Source of the DNA: Schizochytrium sp. TIO01
Taxonomy: Eukaryota; Protista; Bigyra: Labyrinthulomycetes
Direction: 5' to 3'
Length of the DNA stretch: 64,000 nucleotides
Assembly: GCA_004764695.1 (NCBI GenBank)
Contig: SMSO01000032.1
Coordinates: 3,504,483 to 3,568,482, forward strand
In this document: positions 1 through 11,400 of the stretch, piece by piece
Position numbering within the stretch: position 1 is the first letter of the stretch
How the letters are laid out: each line of letters starts with the position of its first letter
Made by a program: the position numbers and the translations under genes
The notes under the pieces: generated by a model
What the model saw: only the letters and a program-made list of their open reading frames with translations
Database searches by the model: none
Told to the model about the DNA's origin: nothing

Positions 1-3000
1 AGAAGAAGTGGATTGTTAAAAGTGAATAGACCCGTAGAAGCTCGTTTCTCTAAGACAGCCTTACAAGTGCACGTACCAGAAATAACTTTTACGGCATTTG
101 CAATTTAACTTTTTACTATTTTGATTTTTAAACAAATTAACCAAAGAACTGAAGGCGTGGAAGTTAAGACAACGTTTGTAAGTTTAAGAAGCATTGAAAG
201 CTACTCATTGGAGAATTTTATTTATAGAACGTAGTTTTTCAACTACCTGAGCTCAAAGTCAGACCATGCACGTGTGGCTGAGTCTTAAAAAATGGCTGGC
301 TCAGAACGCTTTCAAAACTTGTATTCTATGAGTGTGCCTTCTAAAAGCCTCGAATTATGATTTGTAAGCCTAACTTGGCGTTTGGACACCTCATTAGAAG
401 TCGGCCTTTACTGAGCAGAGAGTTTTGTACAACTAGCACAAGCGAACGCCTATTTATTTATTCCAGTTAGCAATTTTCCTCAATATAATTAATATATATT
501 TGACTTGAAGGGTGGCGAGTCAAGTTTCAACGAAATCATTAAAATTCGATGCACACAAACTCCTCATCGGCTAAGCGTGTTCAACGAGTCGCCATCCAGC
601 CACTGGAGACACTCACGGATTTGTGTCTAGGACCCTCAAAGTCTTACTTCTATCCTAAAGAGTATGATTCTTCTGCACTTGCTCTTCTAGTTCTGTCCGG
701 GATGTCATCCCTTCCTTTTCGGATGTTGATGGGAATCAATCATTATCAAATATTCAAAGAAGAAAAGCGTAGTAGATAATCATGAGCCTGCGCTCGGCGG
801 CTATCCTGGTTTTCATGGGAGCTTGAAAAAATAAAAATGAAAGAATCGTCATTCTTGGCTTGCCTTCAAACGAAAAGTCTCACCTAATTCGATTATCCTT
901 ACTACCAGTGATAGCAAACAAATTGTATGGGCTCTTGTAATGATAACTAATCCATTCCATATTTTGGAACCAGGAAAGCTTCAAATTCGTTCTATACTAA
1001 AAGTGAAAACTGTTGTCTTACAGTATGGATTCACTTCCGATTCGTTCTAGCACGAGGTTATATTGACTTGTTTACGTATCGGATATAGAAAAAGTGAGGT
1101 ATCTAGACACACTAGAATACTTGACGAGCCCAATCCTTTCTCACACCACACAATTAGCCATAGATTCAAGTTGGGTGGCCATGGTTTTTCTAAGGTATCG
1201 AACTCAATTCATCTTTCAGAAGTATGTCAGGTAACGCCATTACAGCTTTTGGCACGAGCGAAGTCAGCGTAGAGAGAATATGAAGCTGAATAAAAGAACC
1301 TATAGAATTTCGGCAGGCTTCATGGGATATTTGACTGGTTTGGCTTCAGAGGGACTGGAATTACAGCCTGTTAAATTGGACCAATAAGGATGATTGTTTT
1401 TTCACTCCAATAGCTGAACAACAAATCCCAGCTTTCGGAACATAGTCCTAGTTTAATCAAAGCACTATTCCAACCACGCAGTAGGTGGCAGTTGCACATG
1501 TGACAAGGTATTCCCATCCATTCAAATGATCTCAAACTTCGAATCCAATACAGATCAATCGGGGTGTCGGCATTGTTTGCAGGAATATTGAGCGCACACT
1601 CAAACTCGTAAAACCTACCAACATACTCTTATGGTTAGCGCACACCAGCATATCAACTTCATGTGACTCATCAACCAAATCAGCTTCCATTATCCAAATT
1701 TTAATCAAACACTAGGTCGAGATGTGGTACTTAGTATCTCAATGTCCCAAGGGCTTCTTGTAAGCACCATCGACGATTTTATTGTAAAGATTGAGCAAAG
1801 ATCGAAAGTTGTCGTGAATGTTGCACGTGCAGTGAAGCAAATTGTTCATTGCTCTATCAAAGAATTCGCAGCTTTGCAGTTGTTTACGGCAACCAGCCTT
1901 TATGAGATGTTGAAATCAAACTTGCAAATCGTTTACACACTACCGCCCAAGGCGTGTAATCAAATATAAAAACTAGTGAGCATATTGAATAAGCGGCTGT
2001 CGAAATCATATCCGAAGAAACCAAAGTTTATCTATACTTACCATGCTTGTAGAATCTAACTCGTTTTGGATGGTAGAAATGAATTAGAATGTCACAAGTA
2101 CCGGCTCGATGAAGTTGGCATTGCTAAGTACCCAAAGTTTAAATTTACGTTACTACACAGCGGGCATCGTACTGTCCGTGCTCCAATGCAAGAGTACAAC
2201 AGGAAGTACCTTCACAAAAGAATCTTCAGACACTGACTACAACCTATCAGGGTTTGAGTGGAAGTTCTGGATCAGATTCTGAAGACAATTTAGTACCAAA
2301 TTCATGGGGCAGCACGTGCAATGGTCTTAGTTCATAGAATGGGAATTTATAGGGATTAATTGGTGGGTTCTTTCGACTTGGGCTCGTGAGTGCTAGACTA
2401 AGCACAATCACCAAGTTAAACACGAGAATCATACAATTTGTGTAGTATTCTCTCAAATTAATATTGTAAGGCATTAGAAACCAACGCTCAGATGGTGATT
2501 CTTACTATGCAGGAATGGTTGCACAAGATATTAAAGAATTCCTCGCAAAACCCAAATGTTTTTGTAGGATGAATTTTTGTTTAAATAATTTTTGTTGAAG
2601 ATGATGCTGTCTTGAGGTATATCAGACTCAAAGACCGAGCTCTTTGTTGTACGATACCATATGAATATATTTCTACATCTCTACATCTCAACTCGAACTA
2701 GATATTAAATCTGTGTAAAGCTATACTCATGTGCCATGCCCAACCTTAGTCTTTATAAACTTTTGTTCTATGCTTGAGTCTATCTAACCCAAAGTTGATT
2801 GCAAACAAATGTCATCCATCGCTCCCAACAGCGTACAGTAGTCTGCTGCTTCTGTTACACTTTCTTGCCACAGGACTTTATGAAGGTGTTCCCTATTTTT
2901 GAAATCCTTTTAGGAAAAGGTTTGATGCCTCCTCGATGGACTCTTGCTTTGGAGTAAAGTTATACGTTGTACACCGTTACGTCTTCAGTTAACCCTTCAC

Positions 3001-3560
3001 TCGCGATTTCCACCCGCACATGCAGCTTCAGCACAGCACTTGGCATTCCGCGCTGGGCATTCGAAATACTACCTACCTGAAAATACGGTAGCTTTGAGCT
3101 TTTCTTCAAACACTTGCTAGTACTTGGGCAACTTGAAGTCAATGCATGCCATTGAAGAACATGATTTCAGCATATCTACTTCATCAAATTCCTCACAGTT
3201 TGTATCATGTGAGCATTGAAAAACGAACTTTGGTGCACACATGCTGCATCCTGGACTTCATTTGGCATTTAATTGATTAGTCTATCCTATTACTAAGTAT
3301 CTCAGAAATAAGTTAGTACCACATTAGGTATCCTCGTGTAGCTTCCATCAGCACAAATATAAACCTATTATTGATAGGTTTATTCCCAACTTTCGAAACT
3401 ATATTGCCATTCCACAAGCCCACCTCTCCAGGCAATCTTAATGATTTTGAACTACACTCGGCGAAGACATTGCCAAGATCATCCTTAGCAACTTCGCCTT
3501 CTTTCAGCTTAGCATGCTCTTAGCAGCCCCCTCCGAAGATTTCTTTGTCTTTGATCTTAC
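1..3560 (+). pseudogene. Heavily decayed LRR-coding block, NxLxGxIP (plant-receptor-like) class, AT-rich; runs off the left window edge
   Basis: Manual + strand translation across stops/frameshifts: SHLIRLSLLPVIANKLYGLL (878-937), KNLQTLTTTYQGLSGS (2218-2265), VPNSWGS, LRYIRLKDRALCCTIPYE...SN*ILNLCK (2612-2719), LPENTVALSFSSN..YLGNLKSM, GLHLAFN*LVYPI (3253-3291). No ORF over 81 aa. Confidence 0.6.
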
Positions 3561-3689
3561 CTACCTACTATATACTAGCTAGGTAAAGGCTATATACTGC
3601 CCTACTTAACATACATTAGCTTAATAAGACAATTAGCTACCCTTATACCTAGTAGGGTAATGCTAGTGGTTGCCTAACCCCACAGTCAG

Positions 3690-5027
3690 CGCATGAGGGC
3701 ACAAAGAACTTTCAATATAATACGGCCCTCCGCAGGTGTTCTCTTCCACTCAAGACTTCAGTTTTTCCCTTCCCTGCTAAATCTATTTCTCTTCCCTGTC
3801 AGAACAGCCCTTCGAAAAGAACGTTCCCGCTGGTTTCCACTAAGGGTCTTAGTAACAGTGGTACCGCTGTCCTAAATCCCCCGCACAGCATTGTGTTCCC
3901 CTGGTTCCCTCCACTGGTCGTATCCTGCGCCTTTCTTTGAGGCCGTCTTTTATTGCGCACCCCCGTCCTAAAGTCCCTCACAGCTCAGTACAAAGTCGTA
4001 GGCACTCTTTTCAGACAGGAGATGCTGCGCGTGGCACTAGTTATCGTTATGTAGTCCTATTGTATAAAAAGGGGCGCTGCTGACTGTCCTAAATTCCCTC
4101 CAGCGTTTTTTGTCGCCTAGTACCCTCTTAGTCCTCTCTACCGAGCGAACCTAACCATCTTACCCTCCTACCCTCTCTCTTATTCTAAACCATAAGCCTG
4201 TCTGCCTGTGTAAAAAACAGGGTGTATTTTAGTGCGTATTTTAATATCGTGGTATTTTAACGAGCCGGCCAGGTATGGTGGTGTCCGGTAGTAGATGAAA
4301 ATGTAATATCTGGTAGGCAAACCGTGCATTAATATGGAGATACTGGTACTGAAGAGGTGGTGCTGGCAGTAGACGAATCGAGCATTCAGATCAGGCTTGG
4401 GAGTAGTGCGTAGGTGGCCCTGGGAGGGGTGAGCGCTAGGCCCGCGTAGCTTAGTGCTAGGCGTCTGCTAGTCTGTCTGTGGCTGGGCGCGAGGAGGAAT
4501 GCGAGGCCAAACGAGGTTGGTGCGACGCGACGGTGCTGGCACGGCGGAGCGGCCAGCGTCGTGCATGGTCTGCGGGTCCGCGCGGTGACGCCCCTTCGCC
4601 GCCGTATTTCCCCCGTGAGTGCCTGTGCGCGGTTTTGGCGCCTCGCGGTCTGTGCATCCGTCCATTGATTCATTCACGCGTCCATTCTCTCGTCCATTGA
4701 CGCCTGCATTTTCAAACTGCATTAGACGCCGAGGCAGCGGACTACTTTCCTGCGAACTAGCCGCCACCCAACCGGGTCAGCCCCGGCTGCGGCAGAGGAC
4801 GTCGACCAGGGGCGACTGCCGCAGGCCTTCGCCTCCGCCCGGCTAGCCTGAGCAGCGAGGCAAGAAGGGAAGGAGCGAAGCGGAGAAAGAGAGATCCTTT
4901 TCCCTGCTTTCTCTCCTATTAATTCCCTCTTCTTTCAATTCTCTGTATCTATCTATCTTTCTTTTCTCTGTCTTTCTCTTTAGAGGTAAGAGGTAAGAGG
5001 AAAGACTGTCTTTCTCATTTTGTCAAA

Positions 5028-5062
<35 letters not shown>

Positions 5063-5400
5063 CGTCTGCCCGTAGATTGCTCGGCGCGAAAGGCAAATAG
5101 ATTGCCAAGCAAGCAAGACCAAAGGCTTGCTGGTTCTGGAGACGATTGATAGTCTGACACAGAGTGGAGTTGATAGAAAAAGTTGGATTTGTACTCAGAG
5201 GTGGAGGTCTGTCTATCTTCAGGTTTAGAGCGCGCTTAAAACGCAACAGAACTCCCAGCAGGTTGACAGGGGTTTATTCTTTGAGTGTCTGTGACGTAAC
5301 TTTGCTGCGTTGACACTTCGAGGGAATTTGTCTCACTGTGAGTTCAAGAAGGGACACGATTGTGGAATCTGGATTTAGTAGTAAAGGATACCGTTTTGGG
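3690..5400 (+). pseudogene. Decayed typical-class LRR fragments in the promoter/5' leader of the chromatin-reader gene
   Basis: TFNIIRPSAGVLFHSRLQFF and PSLLNLFL (ORF 3693), LNSLQRFL, INMEILVLK, PAFSNCIRRRGSGLLSCEL (ORF 4619), KGLLVLETID, RLKRNRTPSRLTGVYSLSVCDV, and TLWNLDL in frame just upstream of the ATG at 5402. Confidence 0.45.
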
Positions 5401-5401
5401 A

Positions 5402-8400
5402 ATGATGAATGCTGCAATGACGCAAAACGTACCAGCAGGAGCTGTTGGTAGTTCTGTAGTAACAACAGCAGGAGCCAGCAACGAGAACATTGCTCGCAAT
5501 GCAGCTCTGCAGCGAGCACTGGTAGCTGCGCGCATGGAGGAGCTAGATGACGCACTGCTCGTGGACTTGTGCACAGTGTGGAAAACTATCATGAGCTTTC
5601 ATGAGCTTGCCGAGATTGCTCCATTCAAGCTGCTGGAGCTAGAGCAAGCAGTCAAACAACAGCAACCGAGCTATCTACTCCTTGAAGTCCATGTGGCGCT
5701 TATGCAATTTCTCATTCGAGACACTGTTGCCAAGCGCGAGCACACTAGCCGAACGAGCCATAAGCGTGGAGCACTTTCCCCAGAACAGTTTGGTGTTCTT
5801 GCTATTGAACAACTAAAGGTTGGCAGCTGGGAGCTTGTCTTGCAAGATCTCATAACTCTTAGTCTTCAGGCAGGCAGCAGCCGATCTTCATCAGATGGAG
5901 ACTTCTTGCTTGACAGAAGGCGACAAAAGGTAAAGGTTGATAGGGCACGTGCTGCTGAAACACGGGAGGCTGCATGGAGAAAGGAGGCCCTGGCGATTTT
6001 GTCTGGTCTCGTGGAGAGCGAAGATGCCATTGATATGGTCGGGCCTATGCATGAGGTTCTTGACATCAGCCTTGATGAGTACAAAAAAGTTGTTGAAGAC
6101 CCCATCAGCCTCGGCACCGTCTACGATCGTTTGCGCACAGAAAAACCTCAGCCTTACGCTTCACTTAATGAAGTTGTACAAGATGTACTACGTGTTTGCG
6201 ATAATTGCTTTGCTTACTTTGGTCTCAAGAGCCCACAAGTGGAAGCAGCACGGCGCATTTCAAACGTTTTCGACGAACTTGTGACTGCAATGGAGGCGGG
6301 CCTTGATGAAGAGGACCAAGAAGACGATAATGGTCCTGCTGAGACCAATAAGGAGAGCGCAAACGCTGCTAATTCTCCGGCCCCTGCTGGTGCTGCTACG
6401 CCCATGGCTAAAAAGAAAAAAGCTGCAACGCGCCCCAAGTCTGCACGAGCAAAATCAAAGACAAAGTCTAAGAAGAAGGGGGTCGATGAAGACCTCGAGG
6501 ATGAAATAGAAGATAACATGGTTGTTTCTGATGACGAGGATGCCGCGTCTGGTGACGAAGAGATCAATGAGGGGGGTGCTCTTGACGAACGTCGTGCTGC
6601 ACTCGAAACTGCACTCGAGGCTCTTCGCAAAACTGGATACGCAGAGCTTGGCGTGCCTGAGCGCTGCACTATTTTGGCCTGGCTCTGCGAAGGCTTTATT
6701 GAGACAACAGTTGTTCGTGAATACATGGAGAAAGCTATTGAGGATATTGAAAACCATGAAGAGCGTGTGGCTAATCTGGAAAACGAGTACCGTGATGAGA
6801 ACGGCACTATTCGTGAGCAGCACGACAAACGGATCCAGGAAGTAGATAACCAAATGGCACACATTCGCAAACTAAACAAGAAATCTGGCCAGATTGTATC
6901 CAAAAAGCCCGACGTACCAGGTGTAGACCTCGTTGGCCGCACTATTTGCCTTAAGGTGGAAGGTCATTCTCAACCTTTTCGTTGTGGTCTCGTAGAGCGT
7001 GTGGCCTCTCAGCGAGAGGCAGATCGTAAGCGTCGCACAAAGAACCCCGTTACCCCTGCAAAGAAGCGCAAGCGAGGACCTAAGAAAGGTGGTCGCCCAG
7101 GCGCGAAACGCAAGGCTGGGGCTATCGGTGAAGATGGTTTACCGATTCCGATGGATTCGCTCAATGATGACGAAGATGACGAGGATGATGACGAAGATGA
7201 CGAGGATGAGGAGGTTGCTAATGGTGATGCCAAATCTGAAGGCAAACCTGAGGGAACCAAAACTGAGCCTGGTGTAGCAGTCGCTGCAACCCCGAAAAAG
7301 GCTGATGGTAAGGTTGCCAAGGCTGAAGCCAAGTCTGCCAAAGCTAAAGTCAAGAGTGAAGCCAAAACCAAGGTTGGAAAGACTAAGGCTAAGGCCGAAG
7401 GGAAAGATAAAGACAAAACCCCGAAAGCTAAGAAGGCCTCCAAGGTTGCTGCCGCTGCTGCAACAAATGAGGATGCAGACAAGGATATGAAAGATGAACC
7501 CACTGTGGCTAAAAAGGAAGAATTAAACGTAAAAGAGGAAGCTAAGGAGGCCAAGGCAGGCGAAGAAGCCGTAGAACCTGCATCCACCGAGGCTACCTCT
7601 GAGGAAACCAAGGAGAAAGACAAGGAAGACGAGGACATGAAGGATGATGCTAATAAAGCTGAGGACGGGGAGATTCAGAGTGGAGAAGGGTTCTACTACT
7701 CTGTCTCATACGATGATGACGATGATCGTGTATCCGGTCGTGGCATTCTTTCCGAAGCACAGGTTCGCAGCGCTCTTGTTGCCTCAGATGTGGATCTCGG
7801 CCTTGAAGATACCGGAGGAAACGACTTCACACGCTACTATATGTACCCATTGGATAAGATGACAAAGGGAAGTCCTGGTCAGGTGGTATGGACTACCTAC
7901 GGTTACGGTGTAATCTCTAGCATTCGCGAAAACTCATATGTTGTTCAACTTCGATGGGGAAAGGGGCCTGGCGGCTTTCGGGCAAAGGCTTATTTGCAGA
8001 ACAAGGATGTTCTTGCTTTGCGTGTAATGAGCTCTGAGCTCAGACAGATTCTTGAGGACCGTGCGCAGATCGAGCTAGAGAAACATAAGAAGCACATTGA
8101 GCAGACCCAGCCTGGCTTTTCTCAGCGCCGTACTCAGCTCGAGATGGAAACGGCTAACATGAACTTGCGACTTCGTTCTGTGCCGACATTTTCGGATGGA
8201 AATCTTTGCATTTGGCAAATCGAATCTATTCTTCTCATTGAAAATCAAAGCAAGGACATGCGTGTAGCACTTCGCACTCCAGAGGACCTGAGGAAGGTTG
8301 CTTTGGGCGGTGGTCCAGCTCTCTTGGTAAACTCAGGGCTCTGTGACCGTTCGGAGGTTTCTACCCTCGACTCATTTCTTGCTGCTCTGCAGCGCTCCTG

Positions 8401-11400
8401 TGTTGCTGTGGCCACGGAGTTGGAGAGTTCTATTAGCAAGGCAGACTCTTTTCTTGAGTACCGCAACAAACTTCGTCCTGAGTCAGACTTGATCCCTCCG
8501 ATGCTTCGTGCTATTCCTGCTCTTACTGATGACGAAAGACTATCAGAATATGAAGGCCTTCGCCACACGATGGTGCGTATTGAGGGTAACATTGCTGCGC
8601 TCTGTGGTATGACTTACCGTACCAAGTTGCGTGGCGATTTGCTTGGACGCATCCAACGTATTGGCATCCGTGGGCCTGATGGTAACATGTCTCTATCTCG
8701 TGAACCTTTTGTTGAGTTGTTAAGGACTCTAGAGACTGAACTTGTTGCTGCAATGGGTATTGTGGGTGGTGCAGCTAAAGGCCTGGTGTCCAAAGCCGTT
8801 TCAACCCGAAAGCTAGCTGTGGCCTCAAATGGTGGGAACGATGCGGAAACGAAGGAAAGCGAGTCAAATGACACTGCTGATGAATCGACGGGTGATGCTG
8901 CTTCGTCAGAAGTTTGGCAAATCCCTGGGCTTTCTGTATCTGGTGATCTTCGTATTCGCTTTTTGCGCCGTTGGTTGCCTGTGAGACATGAATGGCTATC
9001 TGTCCTAAATGCTTCTCCAACCATTCCTTACCTTATGCACCTCTCTCAGTACCTTGAGCAGGCTGTTCACGTACTTTTAGTCGACTTCAACTTTGAGAAG
9101 GCAAAAACTTTATTTGCTGACAAAAAGAACAGCCCACCTGACTTCTTTGAGCCTAACCTTGGAGATCGTGTCATTCTCGATCTCGCTCGCCTTGAGTACA
9201 CATGCCGAATGGAAGCCGCTGATCATCTCGCAGCGCGGACGCATTGTCGTGGGGAGGTCGGCAAGGAGAAGGACTCCAACAAATCTCATCAGGTCCTTGG
9301 TACAAAGGGTTTTACAAGCATGTGGGCATCGATGATCCGCGCACGTCCTAAAACCTCACCAAACACTCTGAGCCTCCAGATTTATTCTGTAGAGTACTTT
9401 CCTGGTGGTGGTGAGCCGTTCTGCGTCCTTACTTTGGGTAATGTTGATAAGGGCGGAAGCATCTATGGTCGCCAGGTTGTTCCAAACCAACCTGAGGAGG
9501 TTATGGGCCGCGCTCGCGTGGTTGGCAAGTTCTGTCGCACTCTGAACTGCGGTCGCTATATTCTTGACGGCAATTTTGGATTCTGTGAAGAACATCGTAA
9601 GCCGAAGGAACTCAAGACTAAACCAAGTGTTGTTGCGAAGATCAAGGATGATCCTGAGGCTCCTACAGAGTCAAAGGATGAGGATCCGAGCAATCCTACT
9701 ACCAAACCAGAAGAACAGAAGACACCTCCTGAGGAAGACTCAACGTGCTTTGTTTGCAAGGATGGCGGCCATGTATTTGCATGCGATGATCCCATGTGCC
9801 CGAAGGTTTTTCACTTGGAATGTATGCAAATGTTGAGTATGCCTGCTGGTGCATGGTACTGCCCGCTGCATGACACAGACGTGAACAAAACTTTACAGGA
9901 GTTTAACCGAATTTTGTTGAATATCACAAGCAAAATTCTAGCGATGCCTGCGAGCGAGCCATTTATACATCCAGTTGTTGGACAATCAGGCTATGCCGAA
10001 GTTGTAACTCGCCCGATCTGTTTGCGTGAAATTCGTCTCGCGGCACTATACAACCGGTACCGCACCCAGAAGGATTTTCTGGAGGAGATTGACCTGTTGT
10101 CTACAAATTGTCATGCCTGGTGTGAGCGACGTTTTCCACAGTTGCCTCCAATGGTTGATCGTGTTGTGTATACAGCCAAGACTGCTTTGCGATGTGCTAA
10201 GCCAAAGCTTGATGAACTCGAGGCGAAGCTGCCCAGCGAAATGCAACTTCTAGAGGCCGCAGATGCTGCCGCCGCAGATGCTGCAGCTAATGAGGATACG
10301 AAGGAAGAGAAGTCTGGTCGTGGTCGTGCAAAACGGAAGTCGACTGGTGGTCTAGGTAACAAGTTGGCAACATCACCAAGTGCTGGGGGAGCTGCTGGCC
10401 GTCAGGGTCGTGCTCGGCGTGGTGCGGCTATTAAGGCTCGCACAGCTGTGCAAACCAGTATCTCCGAAGAAAATGGAGGCCGTGATGCTGAAGTTCTTGA
10501 AGATTGTGGTGACTGCTCTAACTGTAAGATCCAGGAAGAGGGTGAAGTTCCTTTGCTCAAGTGTAACCTGCTCCGTTGCTTGACACGCGCTGGAATGGAC
10601 AACGCAGGTCCAGTTATCAAATTAAATCTCCCTCGTCGATTGATGCTGGAGAGTCTGGATATCGAATCGCTCTGGGCTTTGCCATCAACTACTGGCCGTG
10701 TTTATGGTATTACCGCTGATCCAGTCCGTGATACTCTTGTCATGGTTGTGCCGCTTGCTGCCCGCATTGTCACGTATGTGATGACAGAAGAAGCATGGCG
10801 GAAGTACACGATTTGGGATCAGCAACGTCAAGGTGTGGTCCCGATTGCCAAACCTCAACATCAAATCCAGCAACAACAGCAGCAGCAAATGCAGCTGCAG
10901 CAGCAACAAATGCAGCTGCAACAACAGCAAATGCAACAACAGCAACAGCTGCAGCTGCAGCGACAGCAACAGCAAAAAGCGCAACAACAACAGCAGATGG
11001 CTTTGCAAGCACAACAACAAGTATTGCAGGCACAGGCTCAGCAAGCTCATGCTCTAGCTCGTAAGCAGCATGATAGTCATTTGCAAGCTCAGCAACAACA
11101 GCAGCTTCATGCTCAGCGTGCTTCACTATCGCAGAGTCGTGGATATGGTGGCCAAGAGCAACATCAGTCTGCTTTGCAGGCTCAGCAAATGATGCAGCAA
11201 GCTCGCCAGTATCAGCAACAGCAGCAGCAACAGCAACGTCCTATGATGCGATCTGTGCAATCTGGTACTTCCGGAGCTCAACCGGGTCTGGGATCTCGTC
11301 AAGGTTCCTACAGTAGCAACGGCGAGTCTGGATATGATGAGGGAAGTAACTCCTTCAATGGATACGGGGGGCGTCACTCTCAGCAAGACCGCCAGCAGCA

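Noticed and set aside
2140-3270. Cys-rich minus-strand peptides (CSMC..QCSH, YFECP, CSQC..RCPLC) suggesting a RING/IBR pseudogene
   Set aside because: Spacing is not RING-like, and the + strand gives repeated LRR motifs over the same bases, so these are probably antisense shadows
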